A stretch of DNA of 64,000 nucleotides from an uncultured SAR86 cluster bacterium. Its GTDB lineage: Bacteria > Pseudomonadota > Gammaproteobacteria > Magnimaribacterales > D2472. A model generated the notes under the pieces. That model was not told the DNA's origin and did no database searches. It was given only the letters and a program-made list of their open reading frames with translations. Both the position numbers and the translations under genes were made by a program. Below, one piece after another: positions 46,820-56,436 of the stretch. Positions within the stretch are counted from its first letter, which is position 1; each line of letters opens with the position of its first letter. The stretch spans positions 40,302 to 104,301 of the forward strand of contig CACLMT010000003.1 of the NCBI GenBank assembly GCA_902608115.1, read 5' to 3'.

Positions 46820-48691
46820 ATGAAAATATTTTCAAAAATACCCACAACTATCCCGGAAACTCCTATTCTAAATAAGATTAAAAGCCCTGAAGATATAAAA
46901 AATCTTTCTCCTATTGAATTAAAAACTCTAGCAGATGATGTAAGGGCATACATGCTCTATTGTGTTGGGCAAAGTGGCGGTCATCTTGGCGGGGGTCTAG
47001 GGGTTGTAGAGCTTACTGTGGTATTGCAATATCTTTACCATACACCTGAAGATAAAATTATATGGGATGTTGGTCATCAAGCCTATCCACATAAGATCCT
47101 AACAGGAAGAAAGGATAGATTAATTAGTATTCGACAGAAAAATGGATTAGCCCCTTTTCCAAGCAGATCAGAAAGCCAATATGATGCATTTGGCGTTGGA
47201 CATTCAAGCACTTCTATCAGTGCTGCCCTTGGAATGGCAATTGCAAATAAAGAAACAAATAAAAAAGTAGTAGCTGTAATTGGCGATGGCGCAATGACTG
47301 CTGGAATTGCTTTTGAGGGCTTAGCTCATACCGGTCACATTAAACCAAATATGCTTATTATCTTAAATGATAACGATATGTCTATTTCAGAAAATGTTGG
47401 AGGATTAAATAATTATTTCTCAAGAATATGGGCTTCAAAACTATATAAAGGCATTAGGAAAAGTGGTAAAAGTTTTTTAGAGAATTTACCTCAAGCTCAT
47501 CATATTGCTAGAAAAGTTGAAACTCAAATGAAAGCAATGGTTGCTCCTGGGAGTATTTTTGAGGAATTAGGGTTAAATTATATAGGTCCAATTGATGGTC
47601 ACAATGTGAGTGAATTAATATCTGTTATAGGTAACCTTAAAGATTTTGAAGGGCCTCAGTTCCTACATATCATCACAAAAAAAGGGGCTGGTCTTGATCA
47701 GGCAGAAGCAGATAGGATTGGCTTTCATGCAATTGGGAAAATTAAACCCCTTGATTCAACTCCTAAGAAAAATCAAGGACCTAAATATCAAGATGTTTTT
47801 GGAGATTGGATTGTTGATATGGCAAAAGAAGATGAAAACCTCCTTGCTGTAACGCCTGCTATGAGAGAAGGCTCAGGCTTAGTAAAATTTAGCAAAGAGT
47901 TCCCTGATAGATTTTTTGATGTTGCCATTGCAGAACAGCATGCAGTAACTCTTGCAGCAGGAATGGCATGTGAAAACAAAAAACCTGTTGTTGCAATTTA
48001 TTCAACTTTCTTACAAAGAGCCTATGACCAGCTAATACATGATATTGCACTCCAGAATCTTAATATTTTATTTGCCATAGATAGAGCTGGGTTAGTTGGA
48101 GAAGATGGACCCACTCATTCAGGAAATTATGATCTAAGTTATTTAAGATGTATTCCAAATATGGTTATTGCTGTACCTGCAGATGAAGATGAAACAAGAA
48201 AACTTTTAACAACAGCTTATCATCATAAAGGACCTGCTGCTGTGAGATATCCAAGAGGGGGCGGGCGAAATACAGCTATCAGCCCTGAGCTAAAGAAAGT
48301 TCCTTTAGGTAAGGGACGATTAATTAACGAAGGAACTTCAAATATTTTAATTTTAAATTTTGGGGCACTTATCGTAACAGCTGAGAAAGTGGCAAAAAAA
48401 TTAAATTCAACAATATTAGATATGAGATTTGTAAAACCACTAGATGAAAATCTGATAGCTAAATACGCTGCAAATAAAAAAATAATTGTAACAATTGAAG
48501 ATGGCTCAATATCTGGAGGTGCTGGCTCGGCTGTGAATGAATGGATGCAACTTCAAGATAATCAAATTCAGGTTTTGATATGCGGGATTCCTGATAAATT
48601 TATTGAACATGCAAGCAGAGAAGAAATGCTAGACATGGCTGAATTAGATACAAAAGGTATATTAAAAAAGATAAAAAAATATTCAGCTTAA
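46820..48691 (+). CDS. dxs: 1-deoxy-D-xylulose-5-phosphate synthase
   Basis: The track ORF starts at 46781 inside ispA. The ATG at 46820, 1 nt after the ispA stop, gives [27 protein letters not shown], the typical Dxs N-terminus. The ORF has GHLGGGLG, the TPP motif GDGAMTAG and [13 protein letters not shown]. Confidence 0.9.
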   Translation: MKIFSKIPTTIPETPILNKIKSPEDIKNLSPIELKTLADDVRAYMLYCVGQSGGHLGGGLGVVELTVVLQYLYHTPEDKIIWDVGHQAYPHKILTGRKDRLISIRQKNGLAPFPSRSESQYDAFGVGHSSTSISAALGMAIANKETNKKVVAVIGDGAMTAGIAFEGLAHTGHIKPNMLIILNDNDMSISENVGGLNNYFSRIWASKLYKGIRKSGKSFLENLPQAHHIARKVETQMKAMVAPGSIFEELGLNYIGPIDGHNVSELISVIGNLKDFEGPQFLHIITKKGAGLDQAEADRIGFHAIGKIKPLDSTPKKNQGPKYQDVFGDWIVDMAKEDENLLAVTPAMREGSGLVKFSKEFPDRFFDVAIAEQHAVTLAAGMACENKKPVVAIYSTFLQRAYDQLIHDIALQNLNILFAIDRAGLVGEDGPTHSGNYDLSYLRCIPNMVIAVPADEDETRKLLTTAYHHKGPAAVRYPRGGGRNTAISPELKKVPLGKGRLINEGTSNILILNFGALIVTAEKVAKKLNSTILDMRFVKPLDENLIAKYAANKKIIVTIEDGSISGGAGSAVNEWMQLQDNQIQVLICGIPDKFIEHASREEMLDMAELDTKGILKKIKKYSA

Positions 48692-49267
48692 ATGTCCAAG
48701 CTTATCTCGTTTGGTTTGTAAATAACCTTTATTATTATCATTTGCACCAACATGCAAAGAGGTTCGTTGAGCAATAGTAATCCCCGCATCCTCTAAGGCT
48801 TCAACTTTCTTCGGATTATTAGTTAAAAGATTTACAGAGGAAATTTTAAAATAATTTAAGATATCTGAGCATATTTGATAATTTCTTAAATCTGCTGCAA
48901 ACCCTAATAATTCATTTGCTTCAACAGTGTCATGGCCCTGATCTTGCAAAGCAAAAGCTTTAATTGTATTAACTAACCCAATACCTCTTCCCTCTTGCCT
49001 AAGATAGAGCAAAATACCAGATTTATTTTTGGCAATCATTTTTAAACCTGCTTGAAGCTGTGGGCCACAATCACATCTTAAACTTAATAATGCATCACCA
49101 GTTAAGCACTCAGAATGTACTCTACATAAAACAACACCCTTTCCTTCTATATCACCAAAGGTTAATGCTAAATGCTCTTTTCCATCAGGTTCCTCAAATG
49201 CACAAAGAGTAAATTCTCCATACTGAGTTGGAAGTTTGGATTGTGTTACAAATTTGCAGTCGCTCAT
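48683..49267 (-). CDS. ribA: GTP cyclohydrolase II
   Basis: The 194-aa ORF has the zinc motif [19 protein letters not shown], plus [10 protein letters not shown]. Confidence 0.85.
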   Translation of the reverse strand: MSDCKFVTQSKLPTQYGEFTLCAFEEPDGKEHLALTFGDIEGKGVVLCRVHSECLTGDALLSLRCDCGPQLQAGLKMIAKNKSGILLYLRQEGRGIGLVNTIKAFALQDQGHDTVEANELLGFAADLRNYQICSDILNYFKISSVNLLTNNPKKVEALEDAGITIAQRTSLHVGANDNNKGYLQTKRDKLGHLS

Positions 49268-49272
49268 TAGAT

Positions 49273-49734
49273 TTAGATCAAACTAAAAAATACAAAAATT
49301 ATAACGCCCGAGAATAAACCGGCTAACACATCATCAAAAAGAATACCCCAGCCCCCTTTAAGATTAATATCCGCCCAAGCAATTGGTCCAGGTTTCCAAA
49401 TATCAAATAATCTAAATAAAATGAATGCTGCTATATACATCAAAAAATTATTTTCAACAAATGATAAAGCTATCAACATACCTACAACCTCATCTATCAC
49501 AATAGACGGGTGATCATCTGTTTCACTGTCTTCATCTGCTTTTATGCAAACATACAAAGAAAGGATTACAAATAATGGAATAATAATTATGGTCCATGAA
49601 TGTAAGAAATCTAAAAAATACCATCCAATTGCAGCCATTAAACTACCCCAAGTTCCAGGAGCAGGCCTTAACAAGCCAACACCAAACCATGTTGCTAATA
49701 TATGAGAGGGTTTTTTAAAATTTGGAAAAGGCAT
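49273..49734 (-). CDS. pgpA: Phosphatidylglycerophosphatase A
   Basis: The 153-aa membrane ORF has [17 protein letters not shown] and DIWKP motifs. It lies downstream of thiL as in E. coli. Confidence 0.8.
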   Translation of the reverse strand: MPFPNFKKPSHILATWFGVGLLRPAPGTWGSLMAAIGWYFLDFLHSWTIIIIPLFVILSLYVCIKADEDSETDDHPSIVIDEVVGMLIALSFVENNFLMYIAAFILFRLFDIWKPGPIAWADINLKGGWGILFDDVLAGLFSGVIIFVFFSLI

Positions 49735-49735
49735 A

Positions 49736-50668
49736 TTAACTAAAATGGTTCCACCCTTTAAGGGATTGAAAAGAATTATTCAAAATTTCTAACTTCTTTC
49801 CATTCATGACGCCTATAGTATGGCATTTTTTATTAATAGACTTTAGTGATCTCTTTAATGAAGCAAGTCGCTTAGGTGGAACCGTATAAAGTAATTGATA
49901 ATCATCACCAAATTCGAGACATTGTTTAAAAAATTTTGAACTGATAACAGGAACTTTCAATAAATCAATCGTACATCCTATTTGTGATCTATCTATAAGA
50001 TGGGATAAATCCTGAATAAGTCCATCAGAGATATCAATTGCAGATGTTGCGTAAGAAGAAATGACCTTACCATAATTAATTTGAGCCTTTGGAAAAAGAT
50101 AGGGTCTAGTTTTTTGATTGATCATTTTTGAAGTTTTAAATTGCTTAAATCCAATATAAGCCTTCCCAAGCTCATCAGAGACACAAAGAATATCCCCTTT
50201 TTTAGCGCCACTTCTCAAAAGAATTTTCTTTCCTGGTTTTCCTAAGACTGTAACGCTGATTTGTAAAGAGCCTTTGCATAAATCTCCCCCAGTCAATACT
50301 ATTTGATATTCTTTAGAAATCTTTTGTAATCCTTTTTTGAAAACAGACATCCAAGTTGAGTTAGCTCTTGGTATGGTTAATGAAAGATTATAGGCAATTG
50401 GAATTCCGCCCATTGCTGCAATATCGCTAAGAGCTATTGCTACAGCCCGGTATGCAATAAGATCGGGTTGCATTGATTTTAAAAAATGCACCCCTTCAAC
50501 AGATGTATCAGTGCTGATTAATAATTTAGATTTAGCTGCTATAACTGCGCAATCATCTCCGACTGATAATTTAATACCATTTTGTTTTAGATAAGAAGCA
50601 CCTATACCAGTTAGGTACTTCTTAATAATTGAAAATTCAGAATCTATCTTAACTTGGATATCTTTCAA
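49736..50668 (-). CDS. thiL: Thiamine-monophosphate kinase
   Basis: The track ORF runs to the ATG at 50701, 53 nt inside the thiolase gene. Homologs begin near EF.LI (here SEFSIIKKY), so the in-frame TTG at 50668 is more plausible, but the start remains uncertain. Supporting motifs are GDDCAVI and the AIR-synthase-like fold. Confidence 0.75.
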   Translation of the reverse strand: MKDIQVKIDSEFSIIKKYLTGIGASYLKQNGIKLSVGDDCAVIAAKSKLLISTDTSVEGVHFLKSMQPDLIAYRAVAIALSDIAAMGGIPIAYNLSLTIPRANSTWMSVFKKGLQKISKEYQIVLTGGDLCKGSLQISVTVLGKPGKKILLRSGAKKGDILCVSDELGKAYIGFKQFKTSKMINQKTRPYLFPKAQINYGKVISSYATSAIDISDGLIQDLSHLIDRSQIGCTIDLLKVPVISSKFFKQCLEFGDDYQLLYTVPPKRLASLKRSLKSINKKCHTIGVMNGKKLEILNNSFQSLKGWNHFS

Positions 50669-51842
50669 ATAAACCAGATGCGCCCATACCCCCTCCAACA
50701 CACATGGTTACAATACCGAATTGTTTATCTTGATTTTGAAGCTCTCTAACAATATGACCAACCTGTCTAGACCCAGTCATACCAAATGGATGCCCAATTG
50801 AAATGGAGCCACCATTCACATTAAGCTTGTCCATTGGAATGCCTAATTGATCTCGACAATAGGCAACCTGAACTGCAAAAGCTTCATTTAACTCCCATAA
50901 ATCAATATCTTCAACACCCATATTAGTAGATTTTAATAACTTGGGAACTGAGAAAACTGGGCCAATTCCCATTTCATCTGGTTCGCAACCCATAGTAGTA
51001 AACCCTCTGAAATATGCTAAAGGTTTTAAGCCTAGTTCAAGAGCTTTATCCTCACTCATTACAAGAGTAACGGATGCTCCATCTGATAATTGAGAAGAAT
51101 TACCAGCAGTAACTGAGCCATTCTCAGGATCAAATACTGGTTTTAAACCAGCCAAGGCTTCCATAGTAGTCCCAGGTCTGTTGCATTCATCTTTTTCAAC
51201 AACATAATCTACTTCTTTTGAATCCCCTGTTTCTTTGTTTATCAATAACATTTTTGTTGCCATTGAAATAATTTCATCAGCAAATTTCCCAGCTTCTTGT
51301 GCAGCAGCTGTTCTTTTTTGACTTTCGAATGCTATCTCATCCTGAGTTTCTCTAGATACCTTATAACGTTTTGCAACTGTTTCAGCAGTAATACCCATTG
51401 GAAGATATATCCCAGGCAGTTCCTCTAATAATTTATCATTCACAAATCCTTCCATATTTTGCTTGCCTGAAAGCATGGTAATTTGCTCTACACCTCCAGC
51501 TATGATGGTGTCATAGCATCCGGCCATAATCTGGCTAGCTGCCATCGAAACAGTCTGAAGCCCAGATGAGCAATAACGATTTACCGTTGTGCCTCCAGTC
51601 GTTACAGGAAGATTGGATAATACCGCAGCATTTCTACCAATATTATGGCCCATAGGCCCTTCTGGATTACCACAACCCATAATAATATCCTCAACCATCT
51701 CAGGAGCTAAGTTGGGATTTCTTTCCAACATAGCATTGATAATGTGTGCCAACATATCGTCTGCGCGAGTGATGTTAAAACCTCCACGATGTGATTTTGC
51801 TAGACCTGTTCTAACACTATCCACAATTACCGCTGTTTTCAT
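50649..51842 (-). CDS. Acetyl-CoA C-acyltransferase (3-ketoacyl-CoA thiolase)
   Basis: The 397-aa ORF has the active-site NRYCSSGLQ, GHPFGMTG and CVGGGMG motifs. Confidence 0.85.
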   Translation of the reverse strand: MKTAVIVDSVRTGLAKSHRGGFNITRADDMLAHIINAMLERNPNLAPEMVEDIIMGCGNPEGPMGHNIGRNAAVLSNLPVTTGGTTVNRYCSSGLQTVSMAASQIMAGCYDTIIAGGVEQITMLSGKQNMEGFVNDKLLEELPGIYLPMGITAETVAKRYKVSRETQDEIAFESQKRTAAAQEAGKFADEIISMATKMLLINKETGDSKEVDYVVEKDECNRPGTTMEALAGLKPVFDPENGSVTAGNSSQLSDGASVTLVMSEDKALELGLKPLAYFRGFTTMGCEPDEMGIGPVFSVPKLLKSTNMGVEDIDLWELNEAFAVQVAYCRDQLGIPMDKLNVNGGSISIGHPFGMTGSRQVGHIVRELQNQDKQFGIVTMCVGGGMGASGLFERYPS

Positions 51843-51868
51843 ATTTTTACTCCAAAATTAGTAACGGC

Positions 51869-52186
51869 TTATTCTAAACGATCATCATCATTACTTAAAG
51901 ACTTATACCAGTTTGGTATTAAATCTATATTTAATTCTTTGGCTTTAGAGAAAATAAAAGGAAGAGTGACTGGGCTAAAAGGAAGAATTAATAAAATACC
52001 TAGTCCAAGATTTTTAAAGATCTGCTGAAGTTGAAAGTTTGCTGCATCGAGCTCCTCCTCAGATACAGAACCTTCAGCATACTTAATATAAGCATCCAAC
52101 ATCCTTTTATTTTCACGATTCTCAATAAGAAAACTCTCTTGGAGTTTTGATAAAGTCCTATTAAATCTTTTGGTAAATATCTTCAT
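51869..52186 (-). CDS. Small hypothetical membrane-associated protein (weak LETM1-like motif)
   Basis: This is a 105-aa product from the ATG at 52186; the track start at 52189 is a TTG. GLGILLILPFSPVTLPFIF...LIPNWY loosely recalls the LETM1 hydrophobic segment. The function is unknown. Confidence 0.4.
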   Translation of the reverse strand: MKIFTKRFNRTLSKLQESFLIENRENKRMLDAYIKYAEGSVSEEELDAANFQLQQIFKNLGLGILLILPFSPVTLPFIFSKAKELNIDLIPNWYKSLSNDDDRLE

Positions 52187-52187
52187 C

Positions 52188-52215
52188 AAAAAAAAGCCCG
52201 GAAAAAATCCGGGCT
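52188..52215 (-). terminator. Rho-independent terminator downstream of the TonB-dependent receptor gene
   Basis: The minus strand reads AGCCCGG-ATTTTTT-CCGGGCT followed by TTTTTTT: a 7-bp GC-rich stem, a 7-nt loop and a T-tract. It lies 25 nt after the receptor stop. The T-tract ends 1 nt before the next ATG. Confidence 0.65.
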
Positions 52216-52240
52216 TTGTTATAGCTAAATGATTAAAAGA

Positions 52241-55111
52241 TTAAAAGTTTCTTCCAAACTTAATACCCCAGATCTTAGGATCCATGGCAACACCATTTTG
52301 GAAACCTCCAACCGTTACATCTGTTGAATAATATGCATATACATGTTCATTATCACCTACGTTTCTTACATAGGCTCCAACATACCAATCTTCACTTGAT
52401 GGAGTATATTGAAGAGATAGATCCATCATAGTAACTGAATCTACGTGCTCTCTCTTACGATTAAAGATTGTGCTGTAAACATCATCACGATATGAATAAT
52501 CAGCTCTAAATGTCCATGTTCCTTGAGCAGTATCTACAAACTTAGTAATGCCTAAACGATAGTTTAATTCAGCATTGAAAGGCAATTGATTACCACTTAA
52601 ATCTTGCTCAACACCATCAGTTACTGGACAAGGTAATGTAGTTGAATCCAAACCAAAGAATGGCACAGTACATAGAGGTCCAAAAGATTTGAATATGTAA
52701 CCAGCATCTGTTGGGGTGTATAAAACCAAAGCTCCAAGCAGAGGATTTTGCGCTGCTAGTCCAAGATAACAATCAGCTGAAGGAGCTGCTTGTCCTACAA
52801 AGACCAATGGATTACAAGTTGCTATCAAAGGTGCAAAGTCAGAAAAGAACCCTGTTGCTCCAGCTGGAAGCGGAAGTTTTGTAGTCGCAGCATTTGGATT
52901 AAGAGGATCTACAGACGCAAATTTATCTATAGTCGCATCAGTATGAGCAAAAAAGCCATCAATCATTAAGGTTGGGCTTAAGAATAAAGTAAACTCAGCC
53001 TCAAGACCCTCGATGGTCGCATCAGCATTATCATTCAATGATGCTCTCTGAACAATTTTAGAAAGCTGTAAACCTTCATATTCATTCGTATAAGCAGATA
53101 CGTTTAATTGCAATGCTCCGTCCAATAGAGTATTTTTCATACCAATCTCAAACACGTTTGCTATCTCAGGATCAAAATGTTGTAAACCAACAATATCCGT
53201 TGTATTAAACCCACCTGGTTTGAAACCAGTTGAATAGGTTGCATAAACCATTTGATTATCATTCAAAACATGATCGATACCTATTTTATAAGTAGATTCT
53301 TCTGCAGAATAGCTTCTTCCAACAGGAGCTGGTTTCACACCGGCATAGTATCCTGCGCCTAAATTTTGAAGGTCAAGAAGCGAGTTAAATGCAAAATCAT
53401 TAATTGCATATTCTGTGTATCTCCCACCAAGAGTTACAGTTGTTACATCGCTCACATCAATATACACCTCACCATAAAGCGCTTTTGTATCTCTGTTTAA
53501 ATTACTATCTGCATGAAAGTATTTCTGCCATGGCGCAAGTTGTAATGGTCCACCGGCAGCAGCATTAGAAGCTCCCATAGCGCCATTAGCTGCAAGTTGT
53601 AAGGTGTAACCTAATGCTGCTGAAGCTGGGATTGCACCGGCCATCACAGCTGCAGTTGCTTGAGCACTAGCTACAGGTAGAGTTTGGAACCATCCAACCC
53701 AAAAAGGTGCTCCTCCATAAGGTGCAGTAGCAGGGAAAATTTTACCCACTGGACCAGCTCCCACATTACCCCAATATTCCATATAAGGGGTTGCAATATT
53801 ATAATTGGTCTCACTTGTTGATTCAGATGCGAATAAACCAAAGGTATAATTTATAATTCCATCATAATCAGATGAGAATCTTAACTCAGTTTGGCTCCAC
53901 TCTGCTTCATTCACAGATCTATCAGCAGCCTGATCACTCGTATAAACTTTTTTTCCTAGACCCATATGATTTTTGTATGGATCGTAGAAGAAATTAGCCT
54001 CTATAGGACCAACTGCATATGGAACAACGCTTACTGCATGATCGTAGTCAGCATAATCTGCATAGTCTCTTGTATGATAAGAATAAGTGAATACCATTTG
54101 CATGGTATCTGATATTGCACTATCAATTTCAAATACAGTATTTTGTAAAGTAGTTTCATGAGAAGGCGTAAAATCAATATCAACTGATCGAATATCTGAA
54201 GAAGGATTGTTTCTATAGACTGTGTAATCTAAAGAAGTGTTTTGGTATTGAAGATATGGAACCCAATGCCCATAACTTCCTGGAGACCAAACTGCATCCA
54301 TGCCATTTTCAAATGGGCTACAACCATAAAATGTATCTTGTTTACAGAATTGTCTTGCTGCTCTCATCCTCTGGTCATCTGCTTTAGTAGTCTCATAGAT
54401 TAAAGTCATGACAGTATCATCAGAATAATCCCACTCAAAAGTAGCCCTACCAGCTATAGTGTTCCTATCATCTAATTCTTCATTGTTATAACTATTAGTA
54501 ACAAAACCGCCTCTTTTCAAAGATGCGAAAGCAAACCTTGCGCGGAGAGTATCAGACATAGGGAGATTAACTGCGCCTGACATTCTTGTTGAGTCATAAT
54601 CACCCAAATCAACTTTGATATTGCCTCCAACTTCTGCATCTGGTCTCTTAGAAAGCATCTGCACTACACCACCAGTTGTTCCAGCTCCAAACAATGAACC
54701 CTGAGGTCCTCTTAATACCTCAACACGCTCAACATCAAAAAGTTCGGCTTCGTACAAACCCGATATTGAAGCAGATTGTCCATTCCAGAAATAACCGATA
54801 GCAGCACTAGTTGAATTACCAACTGCAAAGTTACCTATACCTCTTAGAGTAATACCTGAACCAGAATAAGCACCCTTGGCAAAGCCAAGCGTTGGCACTG
54901 CAAACTGAAGATCCTCAAAGTTTTCGATTTGCCTTACTTCTAAATCCTCTGAAGTAATAGCTGTAATAGTAATCGCAGTATCCTGCAAAGTGGTTTCTTT
55001 TCTTAAAGCTGTAACAACAACCTCTTCAACCTCACGAACTGTGTCTTGAGCATATGCTGAAGTAACGCTAAAAGAAAATGCTAATAAAAAAGCATAAAAA
55101 TATCTGTTCAT
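52241..55111 (-). CDS. TonB-dependent outer-membrane receptor
   Basis: The 956-aa ORF has a signal peptide (MNRYFYAFLLAFSFSVTSAYA), a TonB-box/plug (EEVVVTA...VEVLRGPQGSLFG), a long beta-barrel and a C-terminal ...KFGRNF ending in Phe. Confidence 0.9.
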   Translation of the reverse strand: MNRYFYAFLLAFSFSVTSAYAQDTVREVEEVVVTALRKETTLQDTAITITAITSEDLEVRQIENFEDLQFAVPTLGFAKGAYSGSGITLRGIGNFAVGNSTSAAIGYFWNGQSASISGLYEAELFDVERVEVLRGPQGSLFGAGTTGGVVQMLSKRPDAEVGGNIKVDLGDYDSTRMSGAVNLPMSDTLRARFAFASLKRGGFVTNSYNNEELDDRNTIAGRATFEWDYSDDTVMTLIYETTKADDQRMRAARQFCKQDTFYGCSPFENGMDAVWSPGSYGHWVPYLQYQNTSLDYTVYRNNPSSDIRSVDIDFTPSHETTLQNTVFEIDSAISDTMQMVFTYSYHTRDYADYADYDHAVSVVPYAVGPIEANFFYDPYKNHMGLGKKVYTSDQAADRSVNEAEWSQTELRFSSDYDGIINYTFGLFASESTSETNYNIATPYMEYWGNVGAGPVGKIFPATAPYGGAPFWVGWFQTLPVASAQATAAVMAGAIPASAALGYTLQLAANGAMGASNAAAGGPLQLAPWQKYFHADSNLNRDTKALYGEVYIDVSDVTTVTLGGRYTEYAINDFAFNSLLDLQNLGAGYYAGVKPAPVGRSYSAEESTYKIGIDHVLNDNQMVYATYSTGFKPGGFNTTDIVGLQHFDPEIANVFEIGMKNTLLDGALQLNVSAYTNEYEGLQLSKIVQRASLNDNADATIEGLEAEFTLFLSPTLMIDGFFAHTDATIDKFASVDPLNPNAATTKLPLPAGATGFFSDFAPLIATCNPLVFVGQAAPSADCYLGLAAQNPLLGALVLYTPTDAGYIFKSFGPLCTVPFFGLDSTTLPCPVTDGVEQDLSGNQLPFNAELNYRLGITKFVDTAQGTWTFRADYSYRDDVYSTIFNRKREHVDSVTMMDLSLQYTPSSEDWYVGAYVRNVGDNEHVYAYYSTDVTVGGFQNGVAMDPKIWGIKFGRNF

Positions 55112-55208
55112 AATCTTCCCCCTTGATAGTTGAATGAACTCGTAAAAGAAATGATATACCTAATGGTTTTCCTATTCAAATGGTATTAGATAGGAGGAAT
55201 GTTGATAA

Positions 55209-55226
55209 TTTTACTTATAAGTAAAA
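55209..55226. promoter_or_regulatory. Perfect 18-bp palindrome between the acyl-CoA dehydrogenase stop and the TonB receptor start (candidate operator or weak AT-rich hairpin)
   Basis: TTTTACTTATAAGTAAAA is 9+9 with no spacer. It lies 12 nt downstream of the ACAD stop and 97 nt upstream of the receptor ATG. Confidence 0.3.
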
Positions 55227-55238
55227 AATTACTACTTT

Positions 55239-56435
55239 TTATTTTAATTCACTTGAACTTTTACCCAAGACTTGACGCGCCACTATAAGCTGTTGGATTT
55301 GTTGAGTACCTTCAAAAATATCTAAAATCTTTGAATCTCTCGAGAACTTTTCAAGCAGATGATCCTCAGAAAACCCTTTCATTGAGCATAGTTCAACGCA
55401 TTTCAAGGAGATTCTATTACCAATTCTTCCTGCCTTAGCTTTTCCCATTGAAGCCTCTTTTGAATTTGGCATTTTGTTATCCATCATCCAAGCTGATTTG
55501 TAAACCAACAATCTAGCAGCTTCTAATTCAGCCTCAAGCATTTCAAGCTCATTTTGAATGGCAGTTTGTTGCCCGATAGAAGCTCCAAATTTATCTTCAT
55601 AACCCTCCTCAGCAAGCAAAGCTCTTGTCATATCTAATGCTGCTTGCCCAAGACCAATTGCCATTCCAGCAACCATGGGTCTTGTATTATCAAAAGTTTG
55701 CATTGCCCCTCCAAAAGATTTTTTTGCTGCATCTACATCCTTGTCAATTTCTTCTTTACCACCTAATAAATTCTCTCTGGGAATTCTGCAATTTTGAAAA
55801 ATTAAAGTAGCTGTATCAGATGCCCTTATACCCAGTTTTTTTTCAAGACGAGTCACTTCAAAACCTGGTGTGCCTTTTTCAATAATAAAGGATCGAATTG
55901 CTGTCTTGCCCATTGCTTTATTAAGTGTTGCCCAAACCACTACGCAATCACATCTATCACCATCAGTTACATAAATTTTTTCACCATTAATAACCCACTC
56001 TTCTCCATCTAGCTCTGCTGTAGTGGAAATATTTTTTGAATCAGACCCTGCATCGGCTTCTGTAATTGCCATAGCTACCCAACGCTTACCCCATTTAGTT
56101 TTTTGCTCAGAATCTCCTACTGCCATGATTGCAGCATTACCTAGACCAGTTCCGGGTCTAGCAAGAAATAATCCAACATCTCCCCAACACATCTGTTCTA
56201 AAGCAATAACAGCCCACAAATTTCTTCCACCAAGATCCATAGATTTAACTGAATCATCTTCAACCTCGGAGTTTTTTTGATCAGCTGCTGCTTGATTTAA
56301 TTGTTCCATTTCTACAGGTGGTTCATGTTCAGCTTTATCATACTTTCTTGAAATAGGTCTTAAGATAAACTCAGCAGCCATTCGCATGGTTTCTTGAGTT
56401 TTTTGTAATTGATTTGGCAATAATGGATGAATCAT
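55239..56435 (-). CDS. Acyl-CoA dehydrogenase, FAD-binding catalytic subunit type
   Basis: The track start at 56459 is a TTG. The ATG at 56435 (MIHPLLPNQ) lies 1 nt after the upstream stop and is preceded by GGAG. The canonical AITEADAGSD FAD motif and C-terminal IFEGTQQIQQL (catalytic Glu) are present. Confidence 0.85.
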   Translation of the reverse strand: MIHPLLPNQLQKTQETMRMAAEFILRPISRKYDKAEHEPPVEMEQLNQAAADQKNSEVEDDSVKSMDLGGRNLWAVIALEQMCWGDVGLFLARPGTGLGNAAIMAVGDSEQKTKWGKRWVAMAITEADAGSDSKNISTTAELDGEEWVINGEKIYVTDGDRCDCVVVWATLNKAMGKTAIRSFIIEKGTPGFEVTRLEKKLGIRASDTATLIFQNCRIPRENLLGGKEEIDKDVDAAKKSFGGAMQTFDNTRPMVAGMAIGLGQAALDMTRALLAEEGYEDKFGASIGQQTAIQNELEMLEAELEAARLLVYKSAWMMDNKMPNSKEASMGKAKAGRIGNRISLKCVELCSMKGFSEDHLLEKFSRDSKILDIFEGTQQIQQLIVARQVLGKSSSELK

Positions 56436-56436
56436 T

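Noticed and set aside
55198-55216. Possible Fur box (GATAAT hexamer) upstream of the TonB-dependent receptor
   Set aside because: The best alignment to GATAATGATAATCATTATC matches only about 11 of 19 positions, which is not distinguishable from AT-rich background.
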